From positions 96,001-160,000 of the forward strand of contig CAVXEP010000032.1 of assembly GCA_963760795.1 (NCBI GenBank): DNA of 64,000 nucleotides, given 5' to 3'. The notes beneath the pieces are model-generated. The model ran no database searches. It was not told the DNA's origin and worked only from the letters and a program-made list of their open reading frames with translations. Numbering within the stretch: position 1 is the first letter of the stretch; every line of letters starts with the position of its first letter. Origin of the DNA: an uncultured delta proteobacterium (lineage in GTDB: Bacteria > Desulfobacterota > Binatia > UBA9968). The translations under genes and the position numbers were made by a program. Of this stretch, positions 50,412 through 60,109 are shown in pieces.

Positions 50412-51428
50412 CTAGCGCAATGGCGGCGCGTACATGATGCCGCCTTTGTTCCATAGCTTGTTGAGGCCGCGGTCGAGGCCCAGCGGGGTCAGATGGCGCT
50501 CGAAACTTTCGCCGTAGTTACCCACCTGTTTAACGATGTTGTAAGCCCAGCGGTTGTCGACGTTGAGCATCTTGCCGAAATCGCCGGTGGCGCCGACGAA
50601 TCGCTGCACCACCGGGTTAGCGTTTTGCGCTTGCTGGTCGATATTTTTCGAAGTCAGGCCGAGCTCTTCGGCTTCAATCATGGCGAACAGAGTCCACCTG
50701 ACGAGATCGAACCAATGGTCGTCGCCATGACGCACCACCGGACCGAAGGGTTCCTTGGAAATCACCTCCGGCAAGATCACATGATCGGCCGGGTTGGTCG
50801 CCCGCGCCGCGCGCACGGCGACCAATCCTGAGACATCGGTGGTAAAGACATCGCAACGGCCGGTGAAATAGGCGTTCAACACCTCTTCGAGCTTTTCGAT
50901 GACTACCGGCTTGAACTTCATCTTATTGGCGCGGAAGTAGTCGGCCATATTAAGTTCGGTGGTGGTGCCGGGCTGCACGCAGATGGCGGCACCGTTCAAT
51001 TGCTTGGCGCTTTTGATGTTGCGTTTTTTCGTCACCATGAAACCTTGGCCGTCGTAGAAATTGACCCCGACGAAGTTGAGGCCGAGACCGGCGTCGCGCG
51101 CGAAGGTCCAGGTGGTGTTGCGCGAGAGAATATCGACTTCGCCCGACTGCAGGGCGGTGAAGCGCTGCTGGGCGGTGAGCGGCGTGTAGCGGTTCTTTTT
51201 GACGTCGCCGAACAGCGCCGCGGCCACGGCACGGCATAAGTCCACGTCGATGCCGCGCCATTCGCCGTTGCTATCGGGCTGGGCGAAGCCGGCGAGGCCG
51301 GTGTTGACGCCGCACTGAATAAAGCCCTTCTTGAGCGCGCTATCGGCGGTGGGTCCGGCGTGGGCGCTGGCGATGGGCAGGACAAGGAGCAGCACTGCCC
51401 TCGCTAAAGTGGTAATTCCGATGGTCAT
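50412..51428 (-). CDS. Amino acid ABC substrate-binding protein (AapJ/BztA-like)
   Basis: CGVNTGLAGF, LSRNTTWT, YDGQGF, ISKEP.GP and VGNYGE motifs. Confidence 0.93.
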   Translation of the reverse strand: MTIGITTLARAVLLLVLPIASAHAGPTADSALKKGFIQCGVNTGLAGFAQPDSNGEWRGIDVDLCRAVAAALFGDVKKNRYTPLTAQQRFTALQSGEVDILSRNTTWTFARDAGLGLNFVGVNFYDGQGFMVTKKRNIKSAKQLNGAAICVQPGTTTELNMADYFRANKMKFKPVVIEKLEEVLNAYFTGRCDVFTTDVSGLVAVRAARATNPADHVILPEVISKEPFGPVVRHGDDHWFDLVRWTLFAMIEAEELGLTSKNIDQQAQNANPVVQRFVGATGDFGKMLNVDNRWAYNIVKQVGNYGESFERHLTPLGLDRGLNKLWNKGGIMYAPPLR

Positions 51429-51571
51429 GGTCGTCCTTCCTCATGGTGGCGGTGGTTTGAGTCTGTGCGCCGAACTTATTACACTCGGCCAATTGTTGAC
51501 AGCGGTTAGTCTGCGTTTATAGATATTCTTCGGAATGAAAAGCAAGATTTCGGCATGGCGGAGGGACGACA

Positions 51572-52894
51572 ATGACGGATAGCAAGATTGACCGCGGCAA
51601 TACGGCGCAGAGTGCCTATCAGCAATTGCTCGACGACTTGCCGCGCACCGGCCCCGGCACCAAGGGCGGGGCGATGCTGCGACGCTATTGGCACCCGGTC
51701 TGTTTGTCGGCCAACCTGCAAGACATCCCCATCGCGGTGCGGATGCTGAGTGAGGATCTGGTGGTTTTCCGCGATGGCCAGGGGCGGCCCGGTCTGTTAG
51801 GCATTCGTTGCCCCCATCGCTTGGCATCACTGGAGTATGGCCAGGTGCGTGAGGATGGCTTGATGTGCTCCTATCATGGCTGGAGGTACGACGTTACGGG
51901 ACGCTGCATCGACCAGCCGCTGGAGCCTTGCGATAGTAAAGTAAAGGATAACATTCGCCATCTCTGGTATCCGGTCCAAGAATGGCGCGGCGTTGTCTGG
52001 ACCTATATGGGACCGGAGAAAGATAGTCCGCCGCCGCTGCCGCAGATCGACGTGCTGGCGCGCGACGACGGGGTCGTCAAACTCGCCGACGGCGACATTC
52101 GCAATTACAATTATCTCAACTGGATGGAAAACTTCGCCGACATGGGCCATGCGACCGTCCTGCACGGCCTGGTGGTGCGCGATATTCCCGACGAACTGAA
52201 ACCCTATAATGACTACAGCATCAAGAATTGGTCGCCGCTGCCGCTCGAACATGTCGAAACCGATTTCGGCATGAAGACCGTCTCGGTGCTCGACACCGGT
52301 GATCCTCAGGTAAAGTTCGTCAACACCTGGAGCTTGGTGCTGCCGGTGCACTGGCGCTTTTCCGGCATCCGCTCGGGTTTTCCGCCCGACTTTACCGATG
52401 AACGGCAAGAAGGCGGCGGCATGATTCGCATCATCGACGACACGCACTTCGAGCTGATTCGCTACAGCTTGACGCGGAAAGGCAATTTTACCGGCGGCTG
52501 GTTATTCGGCTTGCCGAAGGATCTAAAAGGCACCGCCGAAGAGAAGGCCTACGACAAGCGCCGCTACAAAGGCTGGGAGGGCATCCCAGCGCTGGAAGAT
52601 CTGGTCTTGCAGGAATCCCAGGGCGAGATCCCTGACCGCCGTCTGGAGCATCTGGCGTCGTCGGACCGCGGCGTGATCATGCTCAGGCGCATCTGGCATA
52701 AGGCGATGGCCGATGTGGCCGAAGGGCGCGACCCCAAAGGAGTCGAGCGCGAAGCTAAAGCGATGCTTGAAGTTGACACTTTTCACGGCCATCTGCATGT
52801 CAACGATCTTAAGATCGGGCCGGAAAACCTGCCGACGTCGCGCCATGGCGCCGGGCTGATTCGCGATCAGCATGGCAAGTTGGTCTTCGCCTAG
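51572..52894 (+). CDS. Rieske non-heme iron oxygenase (phthalate 4,5-dioxygenase-like group)
   Basis: CPHR...CSYHGW Rieske motif; ENFADMGH...LH and EDLVLQESQG iron site. Confidence 0.9.
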   Translation: MTDSKIDRGNTAQSAYQQLLDDLPRTGPGTKGGAMLRRYWHPVCLSANLQDIPIAVRMLSEDLVVFRDGQGRPGLLGIRCPHRLASLEYGQVREDGLMCSYHGWRYDVTGRCIDQPLEPCDSKVKDNIRHLWYPVQEWRGVVWTYMGPEKDSPPPLPQIDVLARDDGVVKLADGDIRNYNYLNWMENFADMGHATVLHGLVVRDIPDELKPYNDYSIKNWSPLPLEHVETDFGMKTVSVLDTGDPQVKFVNTWSLVLPVHWRFSGIRSGFPPDFTDERQEGGGMIRIIDDTHFELIRYSLTRKGNFTGGWLFGLPKDLKGTAEEKAYDKRRYKGWEGIPALEDLVLQESQGEIPDRRLEHLASSDRGVIMLRRIWHKAMADVAEGRDPKGVEREAKAMLEVDTFHGHLHVNDLKIGPENLPTSRHGAGLIRDQHGKLVFA

Positions 52895-52976
52895 CGAGGC
52901 ATACCGCAGCCGATACTCGGATTATCACCCGCAAACGCGCAAAGGCCGCAAAGGTCGGAAAATAACGGGTTAGTTT

Positions 52977-53058
52977 GTAGGATGTAGTGACCGAAGGGAA
53001 CCGCATCGTCGGGAAGTCGCACGCACTCGCTGCGGTTCGCCGACTCACCACACCCTAT
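52977..53058. repeat. GTAG-type REP-like inverted doublet
   Basis: GTAGGATGTAGTGACCGAAGGGAACCGCATC with inverted copy ATAGGGTGTGGTGAGTCGGCGAACCGCAGC. Confidence 0.55.
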
Positions 53059-53222
53059 GGGTTTCGCTCTATTGATTATCTGTAAGTGGGCGTAAGGTCA
53101 TGAAAGACTTCATGGTGAAACCATCTTCACAGCAAGCACTGGAATACCCACAATAATTATGCTTTTACTCAGTGTGAAGTTAAATTATCATTAGCAAACA
53201 AAGACTCACGAGTAAGGAGAAT

Positions 53223-53534
53223 TTGCCGATGGATGAAGCAGCCAAGCGCCTGTTTGTCGGAATCAAGATCACCAGGGCGATACAGGAAGACCTGGATAAT
53301 CCGGCTCCCGACGTCAAGCAATATTTCGACGCTAGCAACGATTATTTACAAATCGTCGAATTCGGGGCGGCCAAGTTTATTGGCCGCTATCTCGACGATG
53401 GCTTCCCGGTCACCAATCTTGGCGATATCAGCCGCAACGTCTGCAGCATCGTCAAGCTGATTACCCGCGGCAAGCGCATCGAGGAAAATGACGTGCAGAT
53501 TTATACCTGCTATGCTCCCATGCCGCTATTGTAA
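53223..53534 (+). CDS. Hypothetical protein
   Basis: 103-aa ORF with TAAGGAG RBS and protein-like composition; no motif recognised. Confidence 0.7.
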   Translation: MPMDEAAKRLFVGIKITRAIQEDLDNPAPDVKQYFDASNDYLQIVEFGAAKFIGRYLDDGFPVTNLGDISRNVCSIVKLITRGKRIEENDVQIYTCYAPMPLL

Positions 53535-54515
53535 CCCTGCTGCTTTCAAGTATTGCAAGTCGATGAAACGCTCCGCTTGGGGCAGAGGCGACGCCAGTTC
53601 CCCAGCTTCAGCCATCACTTGAATTACCTGGGCAAAGCCTTTGACATCGATCTCGCCCTGTTTGGGCACCACGCCCCGGTCCGGGTCGAAGTAAAGCGCC
53701 AGGGTCTGGCGCGCAATCTCCTCCGATGAGCCGGTGCTGTCGATGACGACGCGGACCACTTCGTCGCGGTTGGCGGGATCGCGCATGTAGCGATAGGCCG
53801 AGGCCAACGCGCGCACGTAGCGGACCAGCGCGTCTTTATTCTTTTCTCCCCATGACCGGCGCACGGCGCTGACAATGAACTGGAAGTTTTTCATCGCGTC
53901 GGTGGAAACGCCGAGGCGGCGATAGCCTTGTTTCATCATTTGAAAATCTTCCGGTTGGCCTAACGGCACGGCGTCGCATTCGCCTTTGCGCAAACAGTCG
54001 GCGCGGGCCGGCGTGCCGACAAGTTCTTTGACCTTGAAGTCCGCTTCTTTGATGCCGTTGAGCGCGATGAGCTTACGGGTTGAAATCGAAATCGTATCGA
54101 CAGCCAGCGACAATCCGATGGTCTTGCCCTTGAGATCGGCGAAGTTATTGATATCCGGCTTGGCGATTAAGCTATAAATTGGTGTCGCGGTCTCGCCCAG
54201 GATTGCGACGTTGTCCGAACCTTTGAGCACGTCTTGAATGAGATAGGGTGTCGCGGTACGGGCGATCTCGACCGTTCCTTTGTTAAGCGCCACGACCATA
54301 TTGGCGGCGCCGCCGTCGATGGGGATCATTTCCAAGCTGATCCCTTCGCGGGCGAACCAGCCCTTGCGCTGGGCGAGATGGAACTGCAACGCCGAAACAG
54401 TCTTGATCGACGACGGAATCTGGCCGTAGCGCAGGGGGATGTTCTGCGCGCTGGCACTGACCGCCAGTGATAGCGCCATTAGGCTTGTCCCAAGCAGCTT
54501 AAGGTTTAACTTCAT
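53526..54515 (-). CDS. ABC substrate-binding protein, NitT/TauT (SsuA/THI5-like), orphan
   Basis: Signal peptide; AQRKGWFAREGI and ADLKGKTIG motifs; GGAGG RBS. Confidence 0.87.
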   Translation of the reverse strand: MKLNLKLLGTSLMALSLAVSASAQNIPLRYGQIPSSIKTVSALQFHLAQRKGWFAREGISLEMIPIDGGAANMVVALNKGTVEIARTATPYLIQDVLKGSDNVAILGETATPIYSLIAKPDINNFADLKGKTIGLSLAVDTISISTRKLIALNGIKEADFKVKELVGTPARADCLRKGECDAVPLGQPEDFQMMKQGYRRLGVSTDAMKNFQFIVSAVRRSWGEKNKDALVRYVRALASAYRYMRDPANRDEVVRVVIDSTGSSEEIARQTLALYFDPDRGVVPKQGEIDVKGFAQVIQVMAEAGELASPLPQAERFIDLQYLKAAGLQ

Positions 54516-54658
54516 CTCTGCCTCCGGTGATCGAGGTTCGGTCCATGAACAGCACCGCTATAGCGCAGTCGCGGGCCGGTTGTCGACGCGCCGGCCGATA
54601 AACACCAAATCGCCCGTAGCTCTGAATCGGCGAGATTTTTCTGCTATAACTGGACGCT

Positions 54659-55384
54659 ATGAAAACTCTTCAAGTGACGCTCTGGCTGTACACCACGGCG
54701 CTGAGCAAGTCCTGGGATTGCGTGCGCAAGAACTGGTTGGTGAGCTGTGCGCCGGTGGCCTATGGCATCATCTTGGCCCTCGCCGGAGTCGTCGCCGGGC
54801 CGCTCGGGATCGTTGGCGGCTTGATCTATTCGTTGGTCAGTTCCGCCTGCGCCAGTTCGGGGCTTTATCTAGTTAAAAACATGGTCGAGAGCGGTAAAAC
54901 CGATATCAACGATTTTCTTAACGGCTTTCTGATCTACTTGGGCGATTTAATCACCTTCTTCTTCATTCTCTGGCTGCCCATGTGGGCGGCGGCCACTGGG
55001 CTCGGCGGTGTGCCCAACGGCTGGTTGATTTATCTATTGCTGCGGCTGGGTTTGTTCATCCTGCTCAATGCCGTCCCAGAAATGATCTACCAAGGGCGTG
55101 TCTCGGGACTGGAGCTGATCGGCGCTAGCTACAGCTTCATCGTCGAGAACTGGATCGAATGGCTGGTGCCGAATTTGATTTTGTTCGCTGCCGGCTATTT
55201 CTTCCTGGATTTTTTTGAGTCGCTGCTTTTCGGTCTACCGGCGCTTGTCCAGTTATTCGTCTCCGCCTTGGTGCTTGGTCTATTGCTCGCTTATTTTATG
55301 ACCTTTCGCGGTTTTCTCTTTAGCCAGCTGTACGGCACCACCCGGCGCACGCGGATCTACCGTTACGACGCCCGCCCCTCGTGA
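54659..55384 (+). CDS. Hypothetical integral membrane protein
   Basis: 241 aa with about six hydrophobic segments; NAVPEMIY and ENWIEW motifs. Confidence 0.8.
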   Translation: MKTLQVTLWLYTTALSKSWDCVRKNWLVSCAPVAYGIILALAGVVAGPLGIVGGLIYSLVSSACASSGLYLVKNMVESGKTDINDFLNGFLIYLGDLITFFFILWLPMWAAATGLGGVPNGWLIYLLLRLGLFILLNAVPEMIYQGRVSGLELIGASYSFIVENWIEWLVPNLILFAAGYFFLDFFESLLFGLPALVQLFVSALVLGLLLAYFMTFRGFLFSQLYGTTRRTRIYRYDARPS

Positions 55385-55466
55385 TCGAGTGACGTTCCAT
55401 TCGCGGCGCCAACTTGAACTCGTTGAACTCTTATGGTGTCCTGTTGGGACGCTGAAAATCGTCGCT

Positions 55467-56756
55467 ATGAAAATCTCCAGCATAAAGGGCTTCGCCGACA
55501 TCTTCCCCGGCGAGGTGGAGACTTGGCAGTGGGTGGAAGCCCAGGCGCGCCGGGTTTTCAAGGCGTACAATTTCGCCGAAATTCGTATTCCGATCCTCGA
55601 AAAGACCGAGCTGTTCAGCCGTTCCATCGGCGAGACCACGGACATCGTCGAGAAGGAGATGTACAGCTTCGAAGATCGCGATGCCCGCGCGGGAGAGAAC
55701 GCCGAGGGCATCAAGCTGACCTTGCGCCCGGAAGGCACTGCTGGTGTGGTGCGCGCCTACGTCGAAGCCGAGATGTACAAGGTCGAGCCGGTGCGCAAGC
55801 TCTATTACATGGGGCCGATGTTTCGCCGGGAGCGGCCGCAAAAGGGGCGCATGCGCCAGTTCCACCAGATCGGCGCCGAGGCGCTGGGACGGGACGATCC
55901 GTATATCGACGCCGAGATTCTTTTGCTGCTTGCATGATTTTTTCCAGGCGTTGGGCCTGACCGAACCAGCGCTGCAGATCAATTCACTCGGCTGTTCCGA
56001 TTGCCGGCCGCAGTACCGCGCCGTACTTGCTGGCATTCTTGAAGACGCGGCAGGCGGCGCTGTGCGGCAACTGCCGGCGCCGCATCGATCGTAATCCGCT
56101 GCGCGCGCTGGACTGCAAGGAGCCTGGCTGCATCGCGGCCACCCGTGACGCGCCGTCGATCCTCGACAGTCTGTGCGCGCTCTGCCGCGAACATTTTGAC
56201 CACCGTGCAGCGCTTGCTTGTCGGAGACCCAGGTGAAGTTTACCCTCAACCCGCGCATGGTGCGCGGTCTCGATTATTACTGCCGGACCACCTTTGAGTG
56301 GACCACCAAGCTGCTCGGTTCCCAGAGCGCGGTGGCGGCGGGCGGACGTTACGACGGTTTGGTGCAGCAGTTGGGCGGACCGCCGATCCCGGGCGTCGGT
56401 TTCGCCATGGGCGTCGAGCGGCTTGACCATGCTGTTGCGCCTGCACGAGCGCAGCGATGCTCGCGGCCCCGAGATCTATTTCGCCTGGATTGGCGCCCAG
56501 GCGCGCGAATTGGGCGTTTCCCGTGGTGCATAGACTACGCCAGCAGGGCATCGCCGTTGAGATCGAAGCGGAGGCCCGCAGCTTAAAAAGCCAAATGCGC
56601 CGCGCCGATAAACTTAAAGCCGGTTCGGTGGTGATCCTCGGCGACGATGAGCTCGGCAAGGGTCAAGCGGTACTGCGCGACATGAGCAACAAACAACAAG
56701 AAGAAATCCCACTAGACAATCTTGAAGCGACATTGACGGCTAGGAAGGCAAATTGA
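55467..56756 (+). CDS. hisS: Histidyl-tRNA synthetase (six apparent +1 frameshifts)
   Basis: [54 protein letters not shown] and [11 protein letters not shown] spread over successive frames. Confidence 0.93.
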
Positions 56757-58558
56757 TGGCGGAGCGAGTTTTTAACGATCAGTTGGGCGACTGGAAGCGC
56801 AGTTGTTATTGCGGCGAACCGCGTGGGTTGTCGGTGGACCAAGAATTAACCTTGGTCGGCTGGGTGCATGGCCGGCGCGATCATGGCGGCGTGATCTTCG
56901 TCGATCTGCGCGACCGCAGCGGTATCTGTCAGATCGTCTTCAATCCGGAGGGCGATGCGGTTTCGCACGAGAAGGCCAAACAGTTGCGCTCGGAAGATGT
57001 CATCGCCGTGCGCGGGATCCTGGCCATGCGTTCGCCGGAAAACATCAATAACGATTTGCCCACCGGCGAAGTGGAGCTGAAGAGCCGCGGTCTCCGCCTG
57101 CTCAACGCCTCACAGGTGCCGCCGTTCATCATCGACGATGAAACCGACGCCAATGAAAACACCCGGCTCAAGTATCGCTACTTGGACCTGCGCCGGCCCC
57201 AGAGTCTGGCGCCGCTGCTCTTGCGCTACCGCATGACCAAGCTGATTCGCGATTATCTCGACGGCTTGGGTTTCATCGACGTCGAGACACCGGTGCTGAC
57301 CAAGAGCACACCGGAGGGGGCGCGCGATTATCTGGTGCCAAGCCGCATCTATCACGGCAAGTTTTACGCCTTGCCGCAGTCGCCCCAGCTGTTCAAGCAA
57401 ATCTTGATGGTCGGCGGCCTCGATCGCTATTTTCAGATCGTCAAATGCTTTCGCGACGAAGATTTGCGCGCCGACCGCCAGCCGGAGTTCACCCAGCTCG
57501 ATATGGAGCTGTCGTTTGTTCAACCGGAAGATGTCATGGATGTTGTCGAGGGTATGGTTTCGCTCTTGTTCAAAGAACTGAAGGGAATCGAACTCACGCG
57601 GCCCTTCGCCAAGCTGACCTATGAAGACGCGATGAATCGCTTCGGCTCGGACAAGCCGGACATGCGCTTCGGCTTGGAGCTCAGCGATTTTACCGCTGCG
57701 CTGCGTAACTGCCAGGCCAAGGTTTTCACCGGCGCGATTCAAAAGGGCGGTGTGGTCAAAGGCATGCGTATCCCCAACGGCGGCGCCCTGTCGCGCAAAG
57801 ATTTGGACGACATGACGCCCTTCGTTGCGACTTTCGGCGCCAAGGGTGTCGCATGGACGAAGATTACCGCGGAGGGTTGGCAGTCGCCCATCGCCAAGTT
57901 TTTGTCCGACGCGGAGCAAAAAGAAGTCGAGAGAATTTGCCAAGCGCAGGTCGGCGATGTCGTGCTGTTTTCCGCCGACAGCGCCAAGGTGGTTCATGAT
58001 TCATTGGGCAACTTGCGCCTGCACCTGGGCGAAAAGCTCGGGCTGATCCCGGCCAAAGATTACGCCCTGGTCTGGGTGGTCGACTTTCCGCTGATGGAAT
58101 ATGACGCCGAGGAGAAACGCTACGTCGCCTTGCATCATCCGTTCACCGCGCCGTTGGACGAAGACATGCACCTGCTCGACAGCGAACCGGCTAAAGCGCG
58201 CTCCAAGGCCTACGACTTGGCGATGAACGGTACCGAGGTCGGCGGTGGCAGCATCCGTATTCATCAAGTCGAGTTACAAAAAAGAGTTCTCAGCCTCATG
58301 GGCATCGACGCCGAAGAGGCGCAGGCCAAGTTCGGTTTCTTGCTCGAAGCGTTGAGCTTTGGCGCGCCGCCCCATGGCGGTATCGCCTTCGGCATCGATC
58401 GCTTGGCGATGCTTTTGAGCGGCGCCAAGTCGTTGCGTGACGTCATCGCCTTCCCGAAAAGCCAGCGAGCCGTCTGTATGCTTACCGAGGCGCCCTCCGA
58501 AGTGGCGCCACGCCAACTGCGTGAGTTGGGCATACGAATCAGCGGTGCCGACAAGTAG
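56756..58558 (+). CDS. aspS: Aspartyl-tRNA synthetase
   Basis: RRDHGG, PEGARDY, ALPQSPQ, FRDEDLRADRQPEFTQ, GGGSIRIH and PPHGG motifs. Confidence 0.97.
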   Translation: MAERVFNDQLGDWKRSCYCGEPRGLSVDQELTLVGWVHGRRDHGGVIFVDLRDRSGICQIVFNPEGDAVSHEKAKQLRSEDVIAVRGILAMRSPENINNDLPTGEVELKSRGLRLLNASQVPPFIIDDETDANENTRLKYRYLDLRRPQSLAPLLLRYRMTKLIRDYLDGLGFIDVETPVLTKSTPEGARDYLVPSRIYHGKFYALPQSPQLFKQILMVGGLDRYFQIVKCFRDEDLRADRQPEFTQLDMELSFVQPEDVMDVVEGMVSLLFKELKGIELTRPFAKLTYEDAMNRFGSDKPDMRFGLELSDFTAALRNCQAKVFTGAIQKGGVVKGMRIPNGGALSRKDLDDMTPFVATFGAKGVAWTKITAEGWQSPIAKFLSDAEQKEVERICQAQVGDVVLFSADSAKVVHDSLGNLRLHLGEKLGLIPAKDYALVWVVDFPLMEYDAEEKRYVALHHPFTAPLDEDMHLLDSEPAKARSKAYDLAMNGTEVGGGSIRIHQVELQKRVLSLMGIDAEEAQAKFGFLLEALSFGAPPHGGIAFGIDRLAMLLSGAKSLRDVIAFPKSQRAVCMLTEAPSEVAPRQLRELGIRISGADK

Positions 58559-58649
58559 TTACTATTTTGAGAATTTGAACGTTGTTAGCCGCGCCGGCGC
58601 AAGTTTTTCTTGAGCCGCGGCAGCGCTTCTGTTATTTTCGCTGGCATCC

Positions 58650-59318
58650 ATGTACAAGCCGATTATCCTTGGGCTTCTTTTGCTCGCAACCGGTTCCAGC
58701 TGCGGTATTTTTCCGGAGACCTTGCAAACCAAGCACTCCAGCGATTTGGAAGGTCGGCGGATTCGCCGCATCGCCGTGCTGCCGCCGGCCGTATCTGCGC
58801 CCGCACCGGCACCGAGCGTGCCGTTCGGCGCCGCGCCAGTGGCGCGGACTTCGGAGAAGGAAGCGCCGGAATCCTTGGCGCGTTTCGTTTATGCTGCGCT
58901 GGCGGCGTTGCCCGACTGGCAAGTGGTTTCTGAGAGCGAAGTGCGCGAGGCGGTCGTGAGTGAACCGGCCGGTACTGAGGAGGCTCGGCTCAAACGGGTC
59001 GGCGCGATGGTTTATGCCGATGCCGTGATGATGGCACGGTTGCAGCGTTATCGTGAACGAGTCGGCGACGAGTGGGGCGCCAAGAGCCCGGCGTCGGTGG
59101 CATTTATCCTCGATCTGGTCGATGTTCGGCGCGGTGATATCATCTGGACGGCGCGCTTCGATGAAACCCAAAAATCGCTCAGTGAAAGCATCTTCTCTCT
59201 TGGCGATATCGGCCAGCGCGGCGTGCGCTGGTTGAGCGCCGATCAACTGACCCAGGAAGGCGTCAAAAAAGCCATCGGCCAACTGCACGATATCTTATCG
59301 CGCCGGCCGGCTTCGTGA
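58650..59318 (+). CDS. Putative lipoprotein (CsgG/PelC-like fold possible)
   Basis: Signal ending GSSC; IRRIAVLP...ADAV...LVDV..G.IIW. Confidence 0.72.
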   Translation: MYKPIILGLLLLATGSSCGIFPETLQTKHSSDLEGRRIRRIAVLPPAVSAPAPAPSVPFGAAPVARTSEKEAPESLARFVYAALAALPDWQVVSESEVREAVVSEPAGTEEARLKRVGAMVYADAVMMARLQRYRERVGDEWGAKSPASVAFILDLVDVRRGDIIWTARFDETQKSLSESIFSLGDIGQRGVRWLSADQLTQEGVKKAIGQLHDILSRRPAS

Positions 59319-59358
59319 TGCGCGGCAATTTTCACCGCAGAGACGCTATGGCACTATT

Positions 59359-59393
59359 ATCATTCCGAGGCCCTTCGCTTTGCTCAGGATGAC
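59359..59393. repeat. Short palindromic intergenic element
   Basis: ATCATTCCGAG...CTTCGCTTTG...CTCAGGATGAC imperfect hairpin between convergent genes. Confidence 0.45.
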
Positions 59394-59450
59394 ACGACTG
59401 GGACTTTTGCGCATAATGACAAAGTCTCGGAGGCGCGGGATTCAGCTAGG

Positions 59451-60071
59451 TTATCTCTTGGCTTTCATAGCGGGATCGCCGTTTGCCAGTTCTGGCGCGA
59501 GCTCTAACGGCTTACCTATTCTCGCGGCGATCTTTTTGCCGGCATCTTCCAGCCGGCGCAGGCTGCCGCGGTCGAGTAGCGCCGCGTCGGCCCCGCTAAT
59601 ATGAATTCGTAAAGCCGGCACGGGAAAACTTTCGGCCGAGGTCGAGCCGCCGATGGCAAAGCCGCTGAATACTTGGTCGATGCTCAGTGTGATATTCTCA
59701 ATCTCGTCGAACGACGCAATGAGTTTGGTCCTGCGGTAAAGACTCTGGCGGCAAAGCTCGAACGACCTTGCGCTGCTATCGAAGACGATGGTGCGGCGCT
59801 GGGTGACTAGAAAAATCGCGATACCGAAAAGCACGAGATTCATCAGTGGGAAATACCACAGGGAACCGGCCGGTCCGACGAAGCCGCGCAGCTGCAGCGC
59901 TTGTAAAATCGGCACACTGACGAATAAGAGAAGCACAGCGATGCCGACACAGAGAAAGGCCGGGAAGCGCGCGCCTTGCCAGCTCAAGCGCAGTCGCTCA
60001 GGGGAGTCTTCAACAATATTGAAGCCCAGGCGATTGCCGATGGCTTCGAACTGACTGGGATCGCCGATCAT
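59451..60071 (-). CDS. Hypothetical membrane protein with two TM helices
   Basis: 206-aa ORF with two hydrophobic segments followed by a soluble domain. Confidence 0.75.
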   Translation of the reverse strand: MIGDPSQFEAIGNRLGFNIVEDSPERLRLSWQGARFPAFLCVGIAVLLLFVSVPILQALQLRGFVGPAGSLWYFPLMNLVLFGIAIFLVTQRRTIVFDSSARSFELCRQSLYRRTKLIASFDEIENITLSIDQVFSGFAIGGSTSAESFPVPALRIHISGADAALLDRGSLRRLEDAGKKIAARIGKPLELAPELANGDPAMKAKR

Positions 60072-60109
60072 CGTTAAGAATTTTGCCGCAGTGGCAGGGG
60101 AGTGCGAAC

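Noticed and set aside
55925-56515. Programmed frameshifting or RNA editing in hisS, miaA and mutL
   Set aside because: There are no slippery sequences and too many shifts; the pattern fits sequencing insertions
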